NCBI GenBank assembly: GCA_045597805.1
Contig: JAZLKW010000024.1
Coordinates: 1-52,644 of the forward strand
From: Candidatus Avispirillum sp.
GTDB taxonomy: Bacteria; Bacillota; Clostridia; Oscillospirales; CAG-272
Length of the DNA: 52,644 nt
Reading direction: 5' to 3'
Within the stretch, counting starts at the first letter, position 1. Each line of letters starts with the position of its first letter. The notes below the pieces were generated by a model. That model was not told where the DNA came from. It saw nothing but the letters and a program-made list of their open reading frames with translations, and did not search any database. The translations under genes were made by a program, and so were the position numbers. Below, piece by piece: positions 45,822-52,644 of this stretch.

Positions 45822-46315
45822 CAGTTGTATTTATCGAGGATACCCTTTACGTCGTCAGAAGTAAGTCTGCCGTAAACGTCCTCGCCTACCATAAGTACGG
45901 GTGCAAGGCCGCAGGCACCGACGCAGCGGGTCGCGTCAAGGCTGAACTTTTTGTCGGTGGTGATACCGCCGCACTCGATACCGAGCAATTCCTTACACTT
46001 ATCCATAAGGTTTCCGCTTCCCTTTACGTAGCAAGCTGTTCCCAGACAGATATTTACGGGATGCCCGCCCTTGGGATTGAGCAGGAACTGGGAATAGAAG
46101 GTAGCAACGCCGTAAACCTCGGATACGGGGATCTCGAGAGCGAGGGCGATGTGCTTCTGGACCTCGGGGGGCAGGTATCCGTAGATATCCTGTGCCTGCT
46201 GCATAATGGGCATGAGACAGCCTTTTTCGTTTTTGAGGTTCGCGATGACCTCGTCAAGCTGCTTCTCCTGCTCGGGAGTACCGTTGAAAGGTACTGCTGT
46301 CAGTTGTTTTTTCAT
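45821..46315 (-). CDS. hydC: NuoE-like 2Fe-2S subunit (HydC/HndA)
   Basis: VATFYSQF, CLGTACYVKG and RCVGACGLAP motifs. Confidence 0.93.
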   Translation of the reverse strand: MKKQLTAVPFNGTPEQEKQLDEVIANLKNEKGCLMPIMQQAQDIYGYLPPEVQKHIALALEIPVSEVYGVATFYSQFLLNPKGGHPVNICLGTACYVKGSGNLMDKCKELLGIECGGITTDKKFSLDATRCVGACGLAPVLMVGEDVYGRLTSDDVKGILDKYN

Positions 46316-46559
46316 GATGAAAGGTGACCTCCTGTGGGAAATTATTTCTTATCCGTTATATTATATACTATCCGAAATCGAATTTCCATAGGTTTCGACA
46401 ATTTTGTTGCATTTTTTTGCAGTTTTTTTCTGTATATGAAGGAAAAACGAGGGGCTGAGCTTTGAGTTTCAAGTTTTAGGAAGGGGGACGGCTATAACCG
46501 GACATCCCGCTGTCGGGGGAGCGGACGGTGTTTCTCTTAAAACCAAAAAAAGAACGGCA

Positions 46560-48527
46560 TCACGCCGTTCTTTTTCTTCTCTTCCCCGCCGCGGCGCAGA
46601 CTGCAGCCGCCGCGCAGAGGGTAATGATCATCACGCACATGGGGTCTCCCGTGGCGGCACCGTAAGAGCCGTCCGCGCCGCCCGATCCCGTGCCGCCGCC
46701 CGTTATGGCACCGGGGATCTCCTGCGGCAGCTCCACCTCCTTCAGAGAGGCAAAGTTATAGATCTTTACGTTGTCGTACATACATTGAACGTTCATCATC
46801 CTGTAACGGAGGAGAACGCCCTCCTTCAGAGCCTCGTCGGAGGAGCAGTAGAAGTACCGCCAGCAGGTGTTGAAAATAAGCTGTCCCCACTCACTGTCGG
46901 CGTTGTCCGCCTCGGTGGAAAGGTCGTCCACCCACAGTCTCACCGTGCAGGATTCGTTATCCAACTGGAATTTCCAGTTGTACCAGGTGTCCTTTTTCAG
47001 GTCGTAGGGGTAAGTGCCCAGCACCTCCGCCTCGTTCTTGCCGTTGACCAGACGGAACATCCTGTCGTTGAAATTATAGCCGCAGTGGTACGTCCAGTTG
47101 TCGGAGCTGCCGAACCAGTTGAACAGCATGGTGTCGTACTGGGGCTGGACCACCACCGTGTCCGTGTAGCATATATCGAACTCGAAAGTGTAGGACGGGG
47201 GATAGAAGTGGTTTATCTTGCCGTCCCGGGTGTCTATGTAGGTCTGTATGTCCGTGCATGCCTCGGAGTGGTCGGTGCCGATGAAATTGCGGTAATCGAG
47301 AACGTTTCCGTGCTCGCCGCCGATGTCCGTTACGTGGCCCTTATACTCCTTGCAGCCCCATATCTCAAGGTCTCCCTCCGGGTCCTCGTCGTAGGTCAGT
47401 GCGGAAAGGTCCTCGTATTTTACCTTTTCGGACTTGAAGCAGTCCCCCGCCAGATAGTCGTAGAAAACCCCGGGCGGATCAATGTTCTCGGTGGAAAACG
47501 TGGCGTCCAGAAGGCTCTTGCAGTCATAGGTGGGATAGCCCTTTTTCACAGAGACCTTCTTATCCGACAGCGTTACGGCGTTGGAGCCGGTCGCAGATCT
47601 TGCGCCCTCCTGCTGAGAGGCGTTGCAGACGCCGGAGCCCCAGGAAATGAAGCAGTCCCACATGGGATCGGGGTTGGTACCGTCGTCCAGTACCGCCATG
47701 GAGACGCCGAACTCACGTCCGATACCGCCGGTGGGATTGCCGTTTTTACCGCGCCCGGCGGAAAATTTTTCATAGGTCAGCGACGTTATCTGCGAGCCTG
47801 ATCTGTCACTGTCGCCGCGCAGGATATATGCCCAGGGAATGCCCGCCTCATAGGTGGTGATGCCCTTCGCGGTGTCGGTCGAATACGCCGAGCCCGCGGG
47901 CGCGACCACGCAGGGCGCGATGCCCAGCGGATTTTTCGAGAACGCCGTCATGCCTTTGTTGGAGGAGTTTTCCCAAGCTTCGGAGAAGCCGCCCGCTATC
48001 TCAACGTAGCCGAAGAGAAAATCGGGTACCTGCGTGGAACTCCAGGGCCTTTCGTGCTCGGGAGAGACCCAGAAATCCTCGCCCTCCGTGGCGGCGTTGG
48101 CGCCCTCCTTGTCTATTCTCACCTGCACGGCGTCGCCGTTCCAGGTCTCAGTGGTGCCGCAGCGGAGCTGATGTCCGTCGGGGTCCTTTACCTTCACGCC
48201 CAGATAGAAATAGTCGCACGCCCAGCGGAGCCACACGGTAAATTCCATGCCGTTGTAGTCATATCTGTCGCCCGTTCGCCAGAAAAGAAAGCGGCTGTAA
48301 GGGGTCGAGTCGTCACGGGTCGCGCAGTCGGATGCCTCCACCGTAAATGAGGGCTCGCCCCACTCCGCCTCGGTGATGAAGCCGTCAACGGTGGGGGTGC
48401 TTCCCGGCTCGAAAAAGAGCGCGTCTATATAGTCTATGTCCTCCGCCGTCGCCGCAGCAAAGACCGCGTGGGGCAGCAGTGCCCACAGCAGGGATAAAAG
48501 CAGTATCGCGGTTATTGATCTCTTCAT
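46560..48527 (-). CDS. Cell-surface protein with CBM9/DOMON-like domain and sortase-type anchor
   Basis: Signal peptide; PTVDG..EWG, YLGVKVKD and WNGDAVQ; Gly-rich linker, AATGD, hydrophobic helix and KRRKR tail. Confidence 0.78.
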   Translation of the reverse strand: MKRSITAILLLSLLWALLPHAVFAAATAEDIDYIDALFFEPGSTPTVDGFITEAEWGEPSFTVEASDCATRDDSTPYSRFLFWRTGDRYDYNGMEFTVWLRWACDYFYLGVKVKDPDGHQLRCGTTETWNGDAVQVRIDKEGANAATEGEDFWVSPEHERPWSSTQVPDFLFGYVEIAGGFSEAWENSSNKGMTAFSKNPLGIAPCVVAPAGSAYSTDTAKGITTYEAGIPWAYILRGDSDRSGSQITSLTYEKFSAGRGKNGNPTGGIGREFGVSMAVLDDGTNPDPMWDCFISWGSGVCNASQQEGARSATGSNAVTLSDKKVSVKKGYPTYDCKSLLDATFSTENIDPPGVFYDYLAGDCFKSEKVKYEDLSALTYDEDPEGDLEIWGCKEYKGHVTDIGGEHGNVLDYRNFIGTDHSEACTDIQTYIDTRDGKINHFYPPSYTFEFDICYTDTVVVQPQYDTMLFNWFGSSDNWTYHCGYNFNDRMFRLVNGKNEAEVLGTYPYDLKKDTWYNWKFQLDNESCTVRLWVDDLSTEADNADSEWGQLIFNTCWRYFYCSSDEALKEGVLLRYRMMNVQCMYDNVKIYNFASLKEVELPQEIPGAITGGGTGSGGADGSYGAATGDPMCVMIITLCAAAAVCAAAGKRRKRTA

Positions 48528-48553
48528 TTTCTCACCCCCGGATTTCTCTTAAA

Positions 48554-48582
48554 ATTATACTCCCGGATGTGTTTCTTGTCAA
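48554..48582 (-). promoter_or_regulatory. Sigma-A promoter
   Basis: TTGACA-17bp-TATAAT. Confidence 0.75.
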
Positions 48583-48680
48583 TGGGAGGGAGCATCGTCA
48601 GATGCGGCAGGTATATATACTATTATTATAGTTTATCGAGGAGTTCGCCAATGGTGTGGTTGGCGGCGAAGCCCCCATTT

Positions 48681-48841
48681 TGCCTTCCCTGGCAAGGGAA
48701 GGTGGCAAAAGCCGGAATCTCCCCCGGCTTTTGTCGGATGAGTTCGTACCGTGTCAGCATAACGTACAGAGATAAGCCTTTGCCTTTCAGCAGACGACTC
48801 ATCCACCGCAAGCGGTCCCCCTTCCCTTACCAGGGAAGGCA
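48681..48841. mobile_element. MITE/REPIN-like palindromic element (family shared with 31803-31950)
   Basis: Terminal inverted repeat TGCCTTCCCTGG(C/T)AAGGG; internal AGGGAAGGTGG and CCACCGC-AA-GCGGTCCCCCTTCCC. Confidence 0.7.
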
Positions 48842-48863
48842 TCTCGTTAAACTATAATTTACG

Positions 48864-48892
48864 AAAAAAGAGAGGCTTTCGCCTCTCTTTTT
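48864..48892 (-). terminator. Intrinsic terminator of pfkA
   Basis: AAAAAGAGAGGC-TTTC-GCCTCTCTTTTT. Confidence 0.85.
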
Positions 48893-48906
48893 CCTGTATT
48901 CTTTTC

Positions 48907-49971
48907 TCAGCCGGAGATCTCTGCGAGAAGTGCTGTCATGTCACGGAAGAACTGACGCTTCTTCTCAACAGTCGCCATGATGATCTTCTGGTCTTCTGCG
49001 CTGTATTTCTCGATCTCCTCGGGTGCCGCCTTGCCCTTATAGATACGGTCTGTGGTCTGGGCAAAGTTGATATCCACGGTGACGATCTCGTTGTTCTGCT
49101 CGACTACAACGATATTGGACTTGCCGTCCAGCAGCTCTTTGACTGCTCTTGCGCCGAACTCCGCCGCGGTAACTCTGTCACGAAGAGTGGGGTCGCCGCC
49201 ACGCACCACGTGCGCAAGGCGTGCGAACTTGGTCTCGACACCGGTCTTTTCCTGTATCTTCTTTGCAAAAGCGGGATCGGCGTATCCGGGGATGAGCTCG
49301 GAAACGACTACGATAAAGCCGCGCTTGCCGTCGGTCTTGAGGCGGTTTATCTTCGCGTAGAGAGCATCCTCGTCGAAGTCCTGCTCGGCGATAATGCAGT
49401 CGACCGCGCCGCAGGCGATAGCTGTGTTGATGGCGATGCCGCCTGCGTGGTTGCCCATTACCTCAACAACATTGCATCTCGCGTGAGATTCACAGGTGTC
49501 ACGGAGTCTGTCTATCATCTCGACCACGGTGTTCATGGCGGTGTCATAACCGATGGCGTAGTCCGTTGAGGTGATGTCGTTGTCTATGGTGCCGGGGATG
49601 CCTATGGTGGGGATACCGCGGTTGGAAAGGTCCGTCGCGCCGCGGAAGGTGCCGTCGCCGCCGCAGGCAACGATACCGTCGATATTATACTTTTTACAGG
49701 TTTCAATTGCAGCCTGCATACCCTCTTCGGTCTTGAACTCAAGGCACCTGTCGGAATAGAGTATGGTACCGCCGTCCTTGACGATGTTGGAAACGTCGCG
49801 GGCTGAAAGAAGCTTGACCTCATCGTGTACGAGGCCGTGATAGCCGCCCATGATGCCGACCACTTCGATGCCCTTGGAAAGAGCGGCGCGGGTGACGGCG
49901 CGGACTACGTTATTCATACCGGGTGCGTCTCCGCCGGAGGTGAGAACGCCGATTCTTCTGAAGTTTGCCAT
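48907..49971 (-). CDS. pfkA: ATP-dependent 6-phosphofructokinase
   Basis: TSGGDAPGMN, GGDGT and PGTIDND motifs. Confidence 0.92.
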   Translation of the reverse strand: MANFRRIGVLTSGGDAPGMNNVVRAVTRAALSKGIEVVGIMGGYHGLVHDEVKLLSARDVSNIVKDGGTILYSDRCLEFKTEEGMQAAIETCKKYNIDGIVACGGDGTFRGATDLSNRGIPTIGIPGTIDNDITSTDYAIGYDTAMNTVVEMIDRLRDTCESHARCNVVEVMGNHAGGIAINTAIACGAVDCIIAEQDFDEDALYAKINRLKTDGKRGFIVVVSELIPGYADPAFAKKIQEKTGVETKFARLAHVVRGGDPTLRDRVTAAEFGARAVKELLDGKSNIVVVEQNNEIVTVDINFAQTTDRIYKGKAAPEEIEKYSAEDQKIIMATVEKKRQFFRDMTALLAEISG

Positions 49972-49995
49972 AAATTTTCTCCCTATATGTTTTAT

Positions 49996-50568
49996 TTAGT
50001 TTTCTGCAGTTGTATCTGCGGGGACGTAGGGCTTGTCCGCGGTAAATGTTTCGTGGGAGGTCTCCTCGCCCTCGAAATAGGTGAAGCGCTCGGTGACGGT
50101 CACGCCGTCCTCAGCATAGAAAAGCTTTTCCGCAGTTTCTTTTCCCTCTGCATCGTACGACTTTTTCGTGACCTTTTTCAAAGTCTCGAAGTCGTCCGCG
50201 TAAAAGTACTCGTCTTCCTCAATAAGCTCGGTCCCGTCTCTTTTCGTAAAGGAAGCTATCTTGCCTGCGACATTTTTCTTCGTGACCTCGGAGCCTGTGG
50301 GCTCGCCCTTGGAATCGTAAAACATGACGTATTCCGTCAAGCCGTCCTTGAAAAAGTCGGTCTGGCCCTGATACTCGTCCTTATCGTTATAGTACATTAT
50401 TCTGTTCAGCGTACCGTCTTCGTTATAATAGGTTTCCTCGGGCTGGTGCAGACGCTCCCTGCCCTTTCCGGTAAACGGATTAATGACGAAGAAGAGGACC
50501 GCCGCAACGGCAGCAGCGATAAGCACTATAGCGGTTATTATCAGTACGATCTGTGTTTTTCTGCTCAT
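49996..50568 (-). CDS. Hypothetical membrane-anchored protein with short Y-x-x-DG beta repeats
   Basis: N-terminal TM; YYNEDG, FYDSKG, YDAEG and FYAEDG repeats; consensus promoter at 50602-50630. Confidence 0.75.
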   Translation of the reverse strand: MSRKTQIVLIITAIVLIAAAVAAVLFFVINPFTGKGRERLHQPEETYYNEDGTLNRIMYYNDKDEYQGQTDFFKDGLTEYVMFYDSKGEPTGSEVTKKNVAGKIASFTKRDGTELIEEDEYFYADDFETLKKVTKKSYDAEGKETAEKLFYAEDGVTVTERFTYFEGEETSHETFTADKPYVPADTTAEN

Positions 50569-50652
50569 GCGGGCACCGTCCCTTCTTTAATATTCCCAAT
50601 CATTATACCTCTCACTCCCTTTTTTGTCAATACTCACAGTTCAAAAAAGCTA

Positions 50653-50699
50653 TTGACTTTCGAGCGGCTTCGTGGTATGATCAATTATACAAATCATAC
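50653..50699 (+). promoter_or_regulatory. Promoter and putative operator of the AbrB-ABC operon
   Basis: TTGACT-17bp-TATGAT with inverted repeat GTATGAT-N11-ATCATAC overlapping the -10. Confidence 0.55.
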
Positions 50700-50713
50700 T
50701 TTCGGAGAAAATC

Positions 50714-50923
50714 ATGAAGAATCCCGACGGAAAATATGCCTGGACCGCCACCGTAGGCGAAAAAGGGCAGATAGTCATACCCAAGCAGGCGCGCGAGGTC
50801 TTCGGCATCGAGCCGGGCGATACTCTCGTGATTCTGGGCGATATAAAGCGCGGTATCGCCATCCCGCCCAAAACCGAGTTTGCCGGTTGGCTTTCGAGGA
50901 TGTTCGGGGAGAACGAAAAATGA
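50714..50923 (+). CDS. AbrB/MazE/SpoVT-family DNA-binding protein
   Basis: TVGEKGQIVIPKQAREVFGIEPGD. Confidence 0.9.
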   Translation: MKNPDGKYAWTATVGEKGQIVIPKQAREVFGIEPGDTLVILGDIKRGIAIPPKTEFAGWLSRMFGENEK

Positions 50924-51756
50924 ATAGCATACTGAAAATAGAGGGGCTTACAAAAACTTATCCCTCTTTTACCCTTGACGGCGTGAGCTTTTCCGTGCCT
51001 CAGGGCAGTATTACGGGTTTTATCGGGCGCAACGGTGCCGGTAAAACAACCACGCTGAAATCGGCGTTGGGGGTCGTCCACCTGGACGGCGGCTCTGTCT
51101 CCTTTTTCGGGCTTCCCTTCTCAGGGAGCGAAGGGGAAATAAAGCAGCGAATAGGCTTTTCCTCCGGTGCCGTAAATTACTACAAAAAGAAAAAGCTTTA
51201 CGATATCGCCGCGGTCACCTCACAGTTTTACCCGAGCTGGGACAATAACGCTTTTCTATGCTGGATGGACCGTTTTTCCATCGATCCCGCCAAAACTCCC
51301 GAAAAGCTTTCGGAGGGCATGCGCGTCAAGTTCACTCTTGCGCTGGCGCTCTCCCACAGAGCGGAGCTGCTGATCCTTGACGAGCCCACCAGCGGGCTCG
51401 ATCCCGTTTCCAGAGAAGAGCTGCTTGAAATTTTCCTCGCCCTGCGCGACGAGGGCGTTTCGATACTTTTCTCCACCCACATCATATCCGATCTGGACCA
51501 CTGTGCCGACAGGATAGTCTATTTGCAGAACGGGCGCGTCCTTACGGAATCGGCGCTGGACACTTTCACGGAATCCTTTCGCATCGTGACACCGGAAAGC
51601 ATTTCGGCAAGTGCCGAATTTATATTAGGCGAATGTAGAACACGGAACGGTGTGACCTGCCTCGTTAAGGCGGAAAACGCTTCCCTCTTCGGTGGTGAAG
51701 CTGTTAAGCCATCGCTTGAAGAAATCATGCTGCACCTTGAAAAGGAGGATGTTTGA
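50920..51756 (+). CDS. ABC transporter ATP-binding protein
   Basis: GRNGAGKTT, LSEGM, LILDEPTSGLD and STH motifs; ATGA overlap with the AbrB gene fixes the start at 50920. Confidence 0.93.
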   Translation: MNSILKIEGLTKTYPSFTLDGVSFSVPQGSITGFIGRNGAGKTTTLKSALGVVHLDGGSVSFFGLPFSGSEGEIKQRIGFSSGAVNYYKKKKLYDIAAVTSQFYPSWDNNAFLCWMDRFSIDPAKTPEKLSEGMRVKFTLALALSHRAELLILDEPTSGLDPVSREELLEIFLALRDEGVSILFSTHIISDLDHCADRIVYLQNGRVLTESALDTFTESFRIVTPESISASAEFILGECRTRNGVTCLVKAENASLFGGEAVKPSLEEIMLHLEKEDV

Positions 51757-51875
51757 AAATACAGTAAACCTGTATCGCAGGTATGCTTTTTCAAACCCAA
51801 TTTGTGACCTTGGCCGTGGGTGCGCGGCAAATTCAAAGGACCGTCACAAATGCAAATAAACGTCTGATAATCAAC

Positions 51876-52511
51876 ATGAAAAATCTGCTTATAAAGGAGC
51901 TGCGGCTCGCCACGTCTCCGCTTTCTTTCATTTTCATCGCTTTCGCGCTTATGACCCTCATCCCCGGATATCCTATCCTAATGGGGACGTTCTTTGTTTG
52001 TCTGGGGATATTCCAGTCGTATCAGCTCGCCCGTGAGCAGAACGACATTCTCTACTCCGTCCTGCTGCCTATCCGCAAACGGGACGTGGTGTCGGCGAAA
52101 TATATTTCCGCTCTCTTTATCGAACTCTGCGCTTTCCTTATCATGGCGGTGCTGACCGTACTCCGCATGACGGTACTTTCCGCCGTTCCTACGTACGTGA
52201 ATAATGCAATGATGCCCGCAACGCCCGTATATCTGGGATTTGTGCTTCTCATTTTCGGAGAGTTCAACAGTATTTTCATCTGCGGTTTTTTCAAAACGGC
52301 GTATTACTTTGCAAAGCCCTTTGTTATTTTTATTATCGTGTCGATGCTGATCACGGGAATAGGCGAAACGCTTCATCATATCCCCTTTATTCCTTACTCC
52401 GACACGGGGTTTCAGTTCAAATGCCTTGCGTGCGGCGCCGTGATATTCTCTCTTCTGACCTATATTTCATGGAGGCGCTCGCAGGTACTCTTCGAGAAGA
52501 TTGATATTTAG
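51876..52511 (+). CDS. ABC-2 type transporter permease
   Basis: MKNLLIKE..., LLPIRKRDVVSAKY, multiple TMs; start could be 51783. Confidence 0.85.
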   Translation: MKNLLIKELRLATSPLSFIFIAFALMTLIPGYPILMGTFFVCLGIFQSYQLAREQNDILYSVLLPIRKRDVVSAKYISALFIELCAFLIMAVLTVLRMTVLSAVPTYVNNAMMPATPVYLGFVLLIFGEFNSIFICGFFKTAYYFAKPFVIFIIVSMLITGIGETLHHIPFIPYSDTGFQFKCLACGAVIFSLLTYISWRRSQVLFEKIDI

Positions 52512-52532
52512 CCTCTGGGCACCGGCCAATAT

Positions 52533-52555
52533 AAAAAGCCCCCGAAACGGAGCGC
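52533..52555 (-). terminator. Probable terminator for a gene entering from the right edge
   Basis: Minus strand GCTCCG-TTT-CGGGGGC-TTTTT right after a TGA at 52556-52558. Confidence 0.5.
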
Positions 52556-52642
52556 TCACTTAGGGATTTTTTCACCGCCGACCGGCAAGGAATATTGATG
52601 AAGAATATCAAGTACGGCGGGAATTTCCCGAATAACTAATGA
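52556..52642 (-). CDS. Possible 3' end of a gene beyond the window
   Basis: Open frame SLVIREIPAVLDILHQYSLPVGGEKIPK* from the edge, followed by a terminator-like hairpin. Confidence 0.3.
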   Translation of the reverse strand, partial: SLVIREIPAVLDILHQYSLPVGGEKIPK

Positions 52643-52644
52643 AA

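Noticed and set aside
46400-46425. Possible Rex operator upstream of the hydrogenase operon
   Set aside because: TTGTTGCATTTTTTTGCA matches only one half of the TTGTGAA-N4-TTCACAA consensus.
49200-49470. PfkA motif variants MGNH and AHVVRGG
   Set aside because: The core ATP-type catalytic motifs are intact, and the significance cannot be judged without an alignment.
49825-50919. N-terminal part of the 643 aa ORF in the track
   Set aside because: It overlaps pfkA, the 190 aa gene and the AbrB gene; ABC similarity begins only at ATG 50920.

Overview
A 52.6 kb chromosomal window from an anaerobic, probably spore-forming Bacillota (Clostridia-like, GC-rich coding regions), inferred from its T-box, dockerin domains, SleC-like gene and [FeFe]-hydrogenase operon. 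From left to right it holds: the edge of an AT-richer arsenic-resistance-type operon (thioredoxin-like, Cys-rich peptide, ArsP-like permease, ArsR); a Gx transporter; three secreted dockerin + DUF4838-like proteins; an LRR protein; a signal peptidase I homologue lacking its Ser/Lys dyad; thrS; trkAH; rpmG-secE-nusG-rplK-rplA; a DHHW/ACP/MBOAT acylation trio; several housekeeping genes; a dockerin-bearing SGNH hydrolase; sporulation/germination genes; a 10-gene bifurcating-type [FeFe]-hydrogenase operon with an embedded sensory block; a sortase-type anchored sugar-binding protein; pfkA; and an AbrB + ABC transporter unit. The most striking observation is an intact Thr(ACC) T-box riboswitch that sits about 5 kb upstream of thrS, with two tandem dockerin-DUF4838 paralogues in between, so secreted glycan-enzyme-like genes may be under uncharged-tRNA control. 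The intergenic regions also carry several families of nested palindromic and heptamer repeats. No rRNA, tRNA, CRISPR array, transposase or integrase was seen. All family calls come from motif recognition by eye, not from database searches.
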